64,000 nt of DNA, taken from contig JAQRMX010000026.1 in assembly GCA_028599125.1 (NCBI GenBank), forward strand, positions 17,596 to 81,595, in the 5' to 3' direction. The notes beneath the pieces are model-generated. The model did no database searches. It was not told where the DNA came from and saw only the letters and a program-made list of their open reading frames with translations. The position numbers and the translations under genes were made by a program. Below are positions 49,328-58,741 of this stretch, piece by piece (the stretch's first letter is position 1; the number at the start of each line of letters is the position of its first letter). This DNA is from Alphaproteobacteria bacterium (lineage in GTDB: Bacteria; Pseudomonadota; Alphaproteobacteria; Rhizobiales; NORP267).

Positions 49328-49926
49328 GGTGGCCTCCTTGAATTGCTTTCCTCTTGGGCGTCAGATCAATCACTCCGGATTGATCAAGCTGACATGACAC
49401 TCTGATCATGACACCTTAGCATATATAAGGGTCAGCGCGTCGGATGCAAACAGTTCCATGACTACCTCCTATATATTTTATATTACGTCTGTTTATTTCT
49501 AAGAGAGGACAGGCATGCTGATTTTTTCAGAATTTTAAGAATCATGTTCCTCAGCTTTGTTATATGATTGCCCTGTCCGGATTCCAGAAGTAAAGGCGTT
49601 TTGAAAATCCAAGCCTTAATTTTTCATTCTAGAGGTCTTGTGGTGTCCTTTTTTGATGTGCATCGGGGATCTCTGGGTGTCTTTCCGTTAATTAATTTTG
49701 GGTCATCATGAAGGATTGTTCCTATCAAAATAAAATAGCAAATTAAGGTTTTGAATTAATGCCTGTATATCAAATTTATTGCGCTTTTATTTCATTTTTG
49801 ATTGCTATTTCTTATTCTTTATTTCTGGTATTTGATTTTTCTGGTTAATTGATTTTTCTGAATTGATTCATTATGACACATCTTCTTTATTGTATTGAAT
49901 ATGTATTTTATGTTTTCATTGTTTTT

Positions 49927-49965
49927 CGGTCGTGTTTTTCGGTCGTGTTTTTTAGTCGTGTTTTT
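49927..49965. repeat. Tandem 13 bp repeat x 3 (CGGTCGTGTTTTT, CGGTCGTGTTTTT, TAGTCGTGTTTTT)
   Basis: Read directly from the sequence. It ends 11 bp before the ATG at 49977 and abuts the GGGGG Shine-Dalgarno-like run. Confidence 0.9.
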
Positions 49966-49976
49966 GGGGGTTTTGT

Positions 49977-50546
49977 ATGTCTGATCAGGATTTTCTGTGG
50001 GGGCACAAGCAGGGGTGTGCTGTCCCGGTATGCTTCGGTGAACGGTTTACAAAATCTGACCGGTTTTTTCATTTTTTTCAGGAAGGCATGCTCCTGATTA
50101 AGGAGGCAGCGGCTTATCTTGATGAGGAAGGACGCGTTGAGTCCCGCAGTTTGTCCCGCGCGGCATCCCTGACCTATTCAACCGAAAGTATGCAGTTAAC
50201 GATGCGCCTTATGCATCTTGCCTCCTGGCTTTTGTTGTACCAGTCTGTGTGCGATGGAGACATAACTCATGAAGAGGCTTGTGCTGAAAGGAAAAATAAG
50301 AGTCTGTTCAGTACCTTTATTTCTCAGGAAAGTCCGGCTTATGATGAGCTTCCGAAGACTTTGCAGGATCTGATCGAGCGAAGCCTGAATTTTTATGCTC
50401 GCACTTGTCTGATAGACAATACCTTCTGTGGAAAGTCTGGTTTGGAAGGACGCCGGAGAGATGCTGTGAACCCCGTACGAAGCCAGCAGGACCGCCTGTA
50501 TGTGTTTTTTGAAGAAAAGGGAGCCGTTAGAGGAATTGTCTATTAA
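49977..50546 (+). CDS. DUF1465 family protein (RcdA-like regulator of CtrA degradation)
   Basis: 189 aa. The central pattern EAAAYLDEEGR ... YSTESMQLTMRLMHLASWLLLYQSV.DGDIT.EEA resembles the RcdA/DUF1465 consensus as I recall it. Confidence 0.6.
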   Translation: MSDQDFLWGHKQGCAVPVCFGERFTKSDRFFHFFQEGMLLIKEAAAYLDEEGRVESRSLSRAASLTYSTESMQLTMRLMHLASWLLLYQSVCDGDITHEEACAERKNKSLFSTFISQESPAYDELPKTLQDLIERSLNFYARTCLIDNTFCGKSGLEGRRRDAVNPVRSQQDRLYVFFEEKGAVRGIVY

Positions 50547-50788
50547 TACTCTTCTCTTCATTTTCAGCGCATTACCCCATCTTTTTCGGATGGATAGGGC
50601 TGTTAATCAGTTTTGGGGGTTCTTTTTTCTCTAAAGGGGCGGCAGGTATTCTCATGAGACGCCCCTCTTGGGCGGCAGAGCCCGGTTGAGAGGCGAGGAG
50701 GCTATATGGCTGGTGTCAAAAAGCTCTCCACAAGCCGCTCTAAGCTGCTTTGTTCCTGCAAAAAGGTGAAGTTACGTATTTGCTATAC

Positions 50789-51013
50789 TTACCCGCCGAG
50801 CAATCCTTCATATTTTCTTTTGAAACGGCTTAAACGACCCCCACGATCAATCAGATGCTGGCTTCCTCCGGTCCATGCGGGATGTGCCTTGGAATCAATA
50901 TCCAGGGTCAGCGTGTCGTTTTTATTACCGTAAGTTGAACGGGTCATATATTCCGTCCCGTCAGTCATGACGACCTTGATGATGTGATAGTCGGGATGTA
51001 TGTCACGCTTCAT
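50789..51013 (-). CDS. rpmE: 50S ribosomal protein L31
   Basis: [22 protein letters not shown] ... HPAWTG ... [10 protein letters not shown] is typical L31. Confidence 0.9.
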   Translation of the reverse strand: MKRDIHPDYHIIKVVMTDGTEYMTRSTYGNKNDTLTLDIDSKAHPAWTGGSQHLIDRGGRLSRFKRKYEGLLGG

Positions 51014-51295
51014 TTTAGATTGCCTATTTCCGTTTTCTGAAAAGGGAGGATGAAAGTGCCGCCCTCCTCTGGTCCTGACTGTATCCAGTGTCCCCTGAAT
51101 GAGGACGCAGGGGAGAAATTCCCTACCGAACCCTCTAACCTATAGCGCGATCTGGATGATGAAGCAAGAATATCTGAGTTTATGGATTCTCGGATGTGCG
51201 GAAAGCAAATCCTCTGTCTATAAGCCTGAAGCATCAGCAAGATTGACCTTGTATACAAGGTCGGGTACCTCTTTTTCGGAGGAAGGAGAAAAAAC

Positions 51296-53107
51296 ATGAC
51301 ACCATCATCTTTATCAGAAGTGTGTCGGCAGAGTCAGCAGGAAGGAGGATGGCGCTCTCTTTCTATTTTTTGGCCCTACCTTTTGCTTCACAAGGGACGT
51401 ATAGGGCTTATTTGTCTTGCGATATCTGCCGCAGCGGGCCTCACTCTCTGTGTTCCTGTGGCGTTGCGGTATATGATTGATCATGGCTTTTCAAATAGAG
51501 AAAGCAGTTTTACTGATCCCTATTTTTTCATTTTTATTCTTCTCGTCGGGCTTCTGGCCTTTGCCAGCGCGGCGCGTTTTTATTTTGTCGCCTGGTTAAG
51601 CGAACGGGTTGTTTCTGATATCCGTAAGGATCTTTTCAGACACTTGCTTTCCTTAAGTCCTTCTTTTTTTGATTTTGTCCGTACAGGGGAAATCGTCTCC
51701 CGTCTGGTCGTTGATACAGCGCAAATCAGAGCGACTATTTTCACTTCTGTTTCAATTGCTCTCCGCAATCTTTTATTACTCCTGGGCGCTGTGACCATGA
51801 TGATGTTCACGAGCCCGGCCTTGTCTGCTCTTGTGCTTTTTGTTACCCCCCTCGTTGTTTTGCCGATTGTTGCTTTTGGGTGGCTTGTGCGCGCTCGTTC
51901 GCGGTACGCGCAAGATATGTTGGCGGAAGCGGCGTCATACGCATCTGAAGTCATTGAGTCTATTCGTACGGTGCAAGTTTTTAATGCGTCTTCAAGTGTA
52001 ACGGAACGCTTTTCATTTACTGTTGATCGTAGTTTTGAGGCATCATGTTTGGGTATCTATGCTCGCGCTTTGCTGACTGCCGGCGTTATTTTTGTAGTTT
52101 TTACCAGCGTAGGAGCGGTTTTTTGGTATGGTGCGGGTGATGTTTTCCAGGGCAATATGAGCAGTGGTGTTCTTGGTCAATTTCTTCTTTACGCGATCTT
52201 TGCTGCAGGGGCTATGGGTGAGTTGAGCCAAGTCTCCGGTGAGCTTTTTCAGGTTTCCGGCGTTGCTGGTCGCTTGTCTGAATTGCTCAAGACACAGCCT
52301 ACGCTTTTGCTTCCGTATGCTCTGCGCTCTTTTCCTATGCCGCAGCAAGGGAATATTACGTTTGACAATGTTTCCTTTTTTTTCCCTACGCGTCCATTGG
52401 ACATGGTTTTAAAGTCAATTTCTTTTACAGTTAAGAAAGGTGAGAAGGTTGCCATCGTTGGTATGTCAGGTGCAGGAAAGAGCACGCTTTTTTACCTTTT
52501 ACTGCGCTATTATGACCCGATTGAAGGACAGGTTTTGGTTGATGATGTGCCGGTGTGTGAGGCCTCTTTAGAGGAAGTTCGGAAGTGCTTTTCTGTTGTG
52601 CCGCAGGAGGGAATTGTCTTTTCCATGAGCCTCAGGGAGAATATTCGCTTCGGTCGGCTTGATGCGGATGATGCGGCTATTATTGCTGCGGCTCGTGCGG
52701 CTTTTGCTCATTCATTTATCACTCATTTCCCGGAGGGTTATGATACGCTGGTTGGCGCGCGCGGTGTAACTCTTTCGGGAGGGCAGCGTCAACGTATTGT
52801 GATTGCGCGTGCTCTTCTGCGTGATGCGCCTATCCTCTTGCTTGATGAGGCAACCAGCGCGCTGGATTCAGAGAGTGAGGGATTTGTGCAGAAAGCACTT
52901 GATCGTTTGATGCATTCCCGAACCACAATCATGATTGCTCATAGACTTTCAACCGTCAAAAAAGCGGACCGTATTCTTGTGATGGATAAAGGACGGATCG
53001 TTGAAGAGGGGACTGATACTGAGCTGACTGAAAGGGGAGGCCTGTATGCTAGGTTAGCGCGTCAGCAATTTTGCACTGTACAGGGAGATTTAGAGACCGA
53101 TGTGTGA
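51296..53107 (+). CDS. ABC transporter, fused permease/ATPase (MsbA-like exporter family)
   Basis: 603 aa with six predicted TM helices, then Walker A GMSGAGKST, signature LSGGQRQR and Walker B ILLLDEATSALD. Confidence 0.9.
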   Translation: MTPSSLSEVCRQSQQEGGWRSLSIFWPYLLLHKGRIGLICLAISAAAGLTLCVPVALRYMIDHGFSNRESSFTDPYFFIFILLVGLLAFASAARFYFVAWLSERVVSDIRKDLFRHLLSLSPSFFDFVRTGEIVSRLVVDTAQIRATIFTSVSIALRNLLLLLGAVTMMMFTSPALSALVLFVTPLVVLPIVAFGWLVRARSRYAQDMLAEAASYASEVIESIRTVQVFNASSSVTERFSFTVDRSFEASCLGIYARALLTAGVIFVVFTSVGAVFWYGAGDVFQGNMSSGVLGQFLLYAIFAAGAMGELSQVSGELFQVSGVAGRLSELLKTQPTLLLPYALRSFPMPQQGNITFDNVSFFFPTRPLDMVLKSISFTVKKGEKVAIVGMSGAGKSTLFYLLLRYYDPIEGQVLVDDVPVCEASLEEVRKCFSVVPQEGIVFSMSLRENIRFGRLDADDAAIIAAARAAFAHSFITHFPEGYDTLVGARGVTLSGGQRQRIVIARALLRDAPILLLDEATSALDSESEGFVQKALDRLMHSRTTIMIAHRLSTVKKADRILVMDKGRIVEEGTDTELTERGGLYARLARQQFCTVQGDLETDV

Positions 53108-53372
53108 AGAGTTCTGATTTTAGGGAGAAGTTTTTGTCTTTCCTTCGGGGAGATATTGGAGAAGTGGCACTTGCTTTCCCAAGGCCTGAGGAAAGGTAAA
53201 AGGATCTGAAGTTGAGGCAGGAGATAGAAAAAAGGAAACAGAACGAAGAGGGGCGCCAATATGTGCCTGTATTTTTTCTGATGAACTGGATTGTTTTTCT
53301 TGCCCCGTCAGGTGTTACTTGTCGTGTTTCCAATGCGCCTTTTCGTTTATTTGAAAAGACTTTTATTCTCTT

Positions 53373-54398
53373 TTATTCTGTCAATTTCAGCTCAATTCTG
53401 CGATTCTTACGAAGTGACTCTTCGTCAGTTTCATTCGTGAGCGGTTGATATTGACCAAAGCCTGCTGCAACAAGTCGCTTTGGTGAGACACCTCCAATAA
53501 TCAGGTGATGAACCACGGAAAGAGCCCGCGCTACTGATAATTCCCAATTGGAAGGAAAGCGCTCTGAGCGAATGGGCCGCTCATCCGTGTGCCCGTCAAC
53601 ACGCAATATCCATTTGATTTCTGAAGAAATTTCTTTTTCCAAATCAAGCAAAGCTTTTGCAATTTTATCAATCTCTAATTGGCCCGCCGAGTTCAGTTGA
53701 TCAGAACCAGTATCAAAAAGAACTTCAGATTGAAAAACGAAACGGTCACCGAGAATGCGAATATCTGAACGGGTTCCAAGAATGTCCCGCAGCTTTCCGA
53801 AGAAATCAGAACGATAATGGGCCAATAGTTGAATTTTCTGTGCGAGAGCAATGTTCAGGCGCTGACCAAGATCAGCGATTTTGACGTTCTTTTCCCTGTC
53901 TTTCTTCTCTACGGCTTCCAATATTGAGGCGAGAGCGGAAAGCTGGCTCCTCAATGCAAAAATCTGCTGGTTAAGCATTTCAATTTTTTTGAGAAAGGCA
54001 GTACTTATTTTTTTTTCACTTTTAAGTGAGGTTTGCAGCTTTATGATATTTTTTTGTGTCGCTGCCTTTTGAGAGGTATGGGCTTTGACTAAAGCTTGAA
54101 GCTGTTTTCGTTCCGTTTCAGAATCAAGAAGGCTCACATTGAGAAGATTCAGTTCCTTTGTAAGCCTCTTTTTATTATCGCTTTCAAGAGACAGAAGTTT
54201 GGTCAACTCATTAATTTCAGAATTTAATCGATTTAGGATTGTGTCCTTACTCTGGATTTCCTGGCTGAGGAAGAGCTGGGCGACCATAAAAATGGAGAGA
54301 AGAAAGATGAGAACCAGCATCAGGCTCGTCATGACATCCACAAAGCTTGGCCAGTAATTGTGTTCAGTTCCCCGAGATCTTGTATGTGATAGTCGCAT
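53373..54398 (-). CDS. MotB-like / OmpA-family peptidoglycan-anchored protein with a long central coiled coil
   Basis: 341 aa. The N-terminus is a MotB-type TM helix with a conserved Asp (YWPSFVDVMTSLMLVLIFLL). Roughly 170 aa of heptad-rich sequence follows, then an OmpA-like C-terminal domain (RVDGHTDERPI ... SNWELSVARALSV). Confidence 0.75.
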   Translation of the reverse strand: MRLSHTRSRGTEHNYWPSFVDVMTSLMLVLIFLLSIFMVAQLFLSQEIQSKDTILNRLNSEINELTKLLSLESDNKKRLTKELNLLNVSLLDSETERKQLQALVKAHTSQKAATQKNIIKLQTSLKSEKKISTAFLKKIEMLNQQIFALRSQLSALASILEAVEKKDREKNVKIADLGQRLNIALAQKIQLLAHYRSDFFGKLRDILGTRSDIRILGDRFVFQSEVLFDTGSDQLNSAGQLEIDKIAKALLDLEKEISSEIKWILRVDGHTDERPIRSERFPSNWELSVARALSVVHHLIIGGVSPKRLVAAGFGQYQPLTNETDEESLRKNRRIELKLTE

Positions 54399-54577
54399 AA
54401 TGCCCTAGCCTGAAGATGAGAGAGGAGATAAATGACGGAAAAAACTTTGTCCCTGCTTAAACATTTCTGAACGACCTGTTGACCGCCCATATCTGCATCG
54501 GAAACAGACCGCTCAGCGAAGATTGACGTCTACATTCAAGGGTTTTCTGCTCTGTGATTTTCTGCAACGTATCTTTC

Positions 54578-55516
54578 TCACTCGTCTTCACGGAGCTCCT
54601 TGTCTGCTTGTTTATTTATGAAGTGATGGATAATTTGTTGTTCAGTCTGGACGATTCGAACAAGATTCCGGACATCTGAAGCGAGCTCCACAACTTTTGA
54701 GGTCATCTCTTGCAAGGCCGGATCACTGTCTTTTATTCCTCTTTTTCCAAAGTCCGCAGGATCGGACATGGTCAACGCGTCTCTTTCATTTTTCCTTGAT
54801 AGCTCCGGGCTGGTTACTGCTGACAACCAATCTTCTAGGTCCATGTAAAAACGATTTTGTGCCTGTCCTGCCTGCAGGTCCAGGAACCCAAGTATAAGAG
54901 AACCAGCAAGTCCCAGTAGTGAAGAGGAAAACGCTGTTCCCATTCCAGATAGCGGGGCAACAAGGCCTGTCTTGAGTTCTTCAAAGATAAAGCCTGAATC
55001 TCCTGTGTTGGTATCAAGGGAGGCAATCGTACGTCCAACGGATGTCACAGTATCAAGTAGACCCCAGAAAGTGCCGAGGAGGCCAAGAAAGACGAGCAAT
55101 CCAATGAGATAACGTGAAATTTCTCGAGATTCATCAAGACGCGTCGCAACTGAATCCAACATCGACCGCATTGCGGACGTTGACAGATTCATCTGTCCCC
55201 TTCGTTCCCGGAGCATGATCGCCATAGGAGCTAGAAGAACGGGCATTTGGGTGATTTCGAGACCGGGATCTGCTATGCGGAAATTGCTGACCCAGGTCAT
55301 TTCTGGCAGCAACCGCACAACCATCCGGAAGATAAAGATAATCCCGATAAGGAGCGTGAAAATGATAAGCCCGTTCAAGCCCGGATTCGCAATGAAAGCT
55401 AAGTGAATCTGAGGATAGAGAATGGCGGCGATGAACGTACTCAGACTCAGGAAAATAACCATACGCCACAGGAAGAGAGAAGGATTTGAAGATTTCCATA
55501 TCTTTGATGCTGCCAT
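54578..55516 (-). CDS. MotA/TolQ/ExbB proton-channel family protein
   Basis: 312 aa with the channel motifs LLVFLGLLGTFWGL and MGTAFSSSLLGLAGSLILGF, plus a charged C-terminal tail of about 90 aa. It lies 179 bp upstream of the MotB-like gene on the same strand. Confidence 0.75.
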   Translation of the reverse strand: MAASKIWKSSNPSLFLWRMVIFLSLSTFIAAILYPQIHLAFIANPGLNGLIIFTLLIGIIFIFRMVVRLLPEMTWVSNFRIADPGLEITQMPVLLAPMAIMLRERRGQMNLSTSAMRSMLDSVATRLDESREISRYLIGLLVFLGLLGTFWGLLDTVTSVGRTIASLDTNTGDSGFIFEELKTGLVAPLSGMGTAFSSSLLGLAGSLILGFLDLQAGQAQNRFYMDLEDWLSAVTSPELSRKNERDALTMSDPADFGKRGIKDSDPALQEMTSKVVELASDVRNLVRIVQTEQQIIHHFINKQADKELREDE

Positions 55517-55724
55517 GAGAACTCCATTGGAAAAGGCAAAAAAGCCTGGATAGCGCTTCCTTACCTTGTGTCACGCCTGTATACAATAAGATATTCGATC
55601 ATTCTGAATAGTAAATTATAGGCACAAAGAGAATAGATATAGAGAAGGAAAGGGGCGACAAAATTGCCGAGAACCCAGTTGGTTCTGAATATCCACAAGA
55701 AGAACATTTTGCAAGTGATAGTGA

Positions 55725-56531
55725 TTATTTTCTTTCCTTCGGAAGATTTAATAATCTTACAAGGTTTTTCTGAATGGTTTCGTTTCCTGCGATGATACCA
55801 GTTTCAATGTCGTTCATGTCATGAGTCTTTCCATCCGGTGTGCTGACAAAGCCCCCGGCCTCACGAATGAGAAGAATACCTGCTGCTATATCGCATAAAT
55901 GTGCTGTATTTTTGAAATAGGCATCGGCACGTCCTGTCGCAACGAAAGCCAGACCAAGAGCTTCTGAACCCAGACTACGGACAAAGGCTGCGGTTGAGGC
56001 AATCGCGCTATTTCTTTCTCTTTCATGCGGCCTGAGCGCTTGCCTTCCATCAGGAATATCGCATATGACCATCGCTGTATCTAAATCCATACGCGTGGTA
56101 ACACGAAGGCGTTTGTCGTTGAAGAAGACACCTTTGCTTTTTTCTGTTGTAAAAAGTTCGTTCAGAATCGGATTATAGACGAGGGCGGAGACGATCTGTT
56201 TTTCTCGTTCCAGGGCGATTGAGACAGAAAAAAACGGAAGGGCATGACGGAAATTGTTTCTGCCGTTGAGGAGGGCGACAAGCCATCTGTGAGATTTGTC
56301 GTTTCCCTGAATCTCATGATTGTCACTGAACAGGAAGCTGTAGCCTGGTCGTGCTTTTTCAAGGTCATAAATCAAAGTTCTCCAGGCCTTGCGTTGTGAC
56401 GCGAAAACGTAATCCTCCGTTCCTTTCATAGAAATCTGGAGCTGTTCAATTTCACCGAAATCGCGTGAGAGACCACGCCCCACTTTTCGGGCGGTCTGGA
56501 CCATGACATTGAGTAAAGCAGAGCGTGTCAT
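55725..56531 (-). CDS. suhB: Inositol monophosphatase family protein
   Basis: 268 aa with the IMPase pattern, including the RWLVALLNG region aligned to the WxxDPxDGT motif (divergent here), and GSEALGLAFVATGRADAY. Confidence 0.8.
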   Translation of the reverse strand: MTRSALLNVMVQTARKVGRGLSRDFGEIEQLQISMKGTEDYVFASQRKAWRTLIYDLEKARPGYSFLFSDNHEIQGNDKSHRWLVALLNGRNNFRHALPFFSVSIALEREKQIVSALVYNPILNELFTTEKSKGVFFNDKRLRVTTRMDLDTAMVICDIPDGRQALRPHERERNSAIASTAAFVRSLGSEALGLAFVATGRADAYFKNTAHLCDIAAGILLIREAGGFVSTPDGKTHDMNDIETGIIAGNETIQKNLVRLLNLPKERK

Positions 56532-56546
56532 CAGACTGTGTGGCTC

Positions 56547-57110
56547 TCAATCCGTCCGACGGACATAGGAAATTTCATTTGTATCAACAACGATAGATTC
56601 GCCGGCATCTATGAAAGGAGGGACAAGTAAACGGATACCATTTTCCAGAATTGCGGGCTTATATGATGAGGTTGCAGTTTGTTTCTTGATCGTCGGGTCT
56701 GTTTCTGTGACGCGGAGCGTTACACGATCAGGAAGAGCGATGCTAATAGGACGCCCATCATGTATTTCAACCGTAACGGTCATATCATTCTGGAGAAAAG
56801 CGGCGCGTTCTCCCACAAAATCTTTATTCAATTCAAGCTGTTCGTAACTGTCAAGATCCATAAAAGACAATCGTCCGTTCTGCTCATAGAGGAACAGGAA
56901 TTTTTTTTGTTCCAGGCGTACTTTTTCAATTGTTTCTGAAGCACGGAACCGTTCATTCATTTTTGTCCCTTCAGTGAGGTTTTTCAGTTCCACCTGATTA
57001 TACGCTCCTCCCTTGCCGGGCTTAACGCTTTGGGTTTTCACTACCACCCACAAGAGATTATTGTGCGTGATAACATTTCCGGGACGAATTTCATTCCCAT
57101 TTATTTTCAT
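56547..57110 (-). CDS. efp: Elongation factor P
   Basis: [45 protein letters not shown] is typical EF-P. The ATG at 57110 lies 8 nt after AGAGGA. Confidence 0.9.
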   Translation of the reverse strand: MKINGNEIRPGNVITHNNLLWVVVKTQSVKPGKGGAYNQVELKNLTEGTKMNERFRASETIEKVRLEQKKFLFLYEQNGRLSFMDLDSYEQLELNKDFVGERAAFLQNDMTVTVEIHDGRPISIALPDRVTLRVTETDPTIKKQTATSSYKPAILENGIRLLVPPFIDAGESIVVDTNEISYVRRTD

Positions 57111-57343
57111 TAAAAAATCCTCTGTCTTCATTCCCGGCTTACCCCGGAAGGGGGAAGACGGGCTTCCCTCCTTATATTTCTTCCTGTTGATTTAGTTGAT
57201 TCTCAGGGTCCGATCGGTCAGAGCCCCTCATTTTTATCGGTACGTTTTCTGTCTTTCTCCGGAATGAAGACTATTTTTTATGCCCTGTATACCTGCCAAG
57301 CGAGAAGAAGAACCCCCAAGTATGAACAATTTTGGTTCAATGA

Positions 57344-58408
57344 TCAATTAAACAAAGAATTTATCGGTAGTCTAGGGGACCAATAGCTGGCTGCTTTTTC
57401 TGCGGCCTGGCGTTGCTCCGGTGAAATGGTGCTGAAAAAATTGTCAAGAAAACTGTCTTTTTTTCCTCCCCTTTGTGCTAGAATATGCCACTTTGCTGCT
57501 TTCACGGCGTCTTGATTCAGGCCAAGCCCGCGGGAATATATTCGTGCGAGTCTGTTTTGTGCGATGATATTACCGGCTTCTGCCGCCTGTTTTATCCATT
57601 TTGCGCCATTTTTCTCATCTTTACTGATTCCCTTGCCGTTGAACAAAAGCAGGCCGTATTCCAATGCAGCGTCAACAACGCCGTTTTCGGCTGCCCGCCC
57701 GATCCATTTTGCTGCTTTTTCCAATCCTTGTTTATCTTCAGCAATTTCGCCATAAAGCACCCCGAGATTATATTGCGCTTCCGGATGATGGTTCTTTGCA
57801 GCCTGGAGGAAAAGAGACTCTATGCGATGGAGGTCACGGGAGCGCACTTTCCCCTCAAGGAGCAGCAGTGCAAGATTATACTGTGCTGTAGGATTTCCTT
57901 TATCTGCCGACCGTTCGAATAAGGCGGCGGCCTTGCGTTTGTTCTGGGGAGCACCTCTTCCCTGTACATAGAGCAAAGCAAGGGCGTTTTCTGCCTCATG
58001 ATCACCTTGTTTTGCTGCTTTTTCATACCATTTCCTTGCCTGAATGGCATCACTGCTTATACCCAAGCCGCGTGAATAGATTTCACCCAGAAGAGTTTGT
58101 GATGATTTATCGCCCTGTTCAGCGAGAGGGCGTGCCAGCTTTAAGGCTGTCAGGTAATAGCCGCGTTGAAAAGCTGAAAATGCTTTGTCTGCCAAATGAA
58201 CAGACTGATCGGAGCTGCCTGCTTTCCCCTGATAGCCTGTAGGAGTAGTTGCCTGTATGATTTTATCGGTTAAAGGTAACAAAAGGGTTGTCTGATCTGC
58301 CAATGCGTCTAATTCTGCGGTTCCCATGAGAAAAAAGGCGAAGGGCAGAACCCGGAAAAGAAAAGAGTTCCTGAGAGCATTCTTTCTTATCATATGCCTG
58401 TTTTTCAT
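57344..58408 (-). CDS. Secreted SEL1-like (TPR-family) repeat protein
   Basis: 354 aa with a signal peptide-like N-terminus, followed by about seven repeats of the Sel1 pattern (A.KWYEKAA.QG...A...L...Y..G.G). Confidence 0.8.
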   Translation of the reverse strand: MKNRHMIRKNALRNSFLFRVLPFAFFLMGTAELDALADQTTLLLPLTDKIIQATTPTGYQGKAGSSDQSVHLADKAFSAFQRGYYLTALKLARPLAEQGDKSSQTLLGEIYSRGLGISSDAIQARKWYEKAAKQGDHEAENALALLYVQGRGAPQNKRKAAALFERSADKGNPTAQYNLALLLLEGKVRSRDLHRIESLFLQAAKNHHPEAQYNLGVLYGEIAEDKQGLEKAAKWIGRAAENGVVDAALEYGLLLFNGKGISKDEKNGAKWIKQAAEAGNIIAQNRLARIYSRGLGLNQDAVKAAKWHILAQRGGKKDSFLDNFFSTISPEQRQAAEKAASYWSPRLPINSLFN

Positions 58409-58741
58409 TTTTTACGTTATCTTCCATAAGTCCAGACACCTGCTATGGGGTGCAGCTCTTTGTGCTCCGTTTCTGTCTGTTTGAGTTTTTACTTTATCTT
58501 TTCTTTTAATTAAAGCTTATTATTTGTTTCTCGGTCAGAGAGAGAGGGAGAGAGGGAGAGAGAAAGGTCCCGAACAGGAATTCCGTGGTCTCCGTTTTTT
58601 ATACGGGGTTTTGGGGGGGGCTGTTTCTTTTTTCCTTCTGTTTTTGACTTTCTCTTATGCCCTCTGTCTATCTGGAAAGAGGGCCCGTTGCGGATTAGCT
58701 AAGGGTGATTTCTGTTTTTCTTTTTCTGAATGGCCATACCT

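Noticed and set aside
49681-49770. CtrA boxes in the trcR-rcdA spacer (TTAATTAA at about 49688; TTAAGGTTTTGAATTAA at about 49743).
   Set aside because: Spacings are N0 and N9 rather than N7, so they do not fit the consensus.
50321-50340. CAGGAAAGTCCGGCTT resembling the RNase P RNA P4 core (GGAAAGTCCGG).
   Set aside because: It lies inside the well-supported RcdA-like CDS, with none of the surrounding RNase P helices.
53373-55516. Zorya-type anti-phage system.
   Set aside because: The MotA-like protein is only 312 aa, with no long ZorA tail. The coiled coil is on the MotB-like partner instead, and no ZorC/ZorD-like or other effector genes are adjacent.
58524-58565. GA-rich run (GAGAGAGAGGGAGAGAGGGAGAGAGAAAGG) between the Sel1-repeat gene and pgk.
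   Set aside because: This is low-complexity purine tract without an exact unit. There is no evidence of function, and the ORF 58524..58847 that crosses it is implausible.
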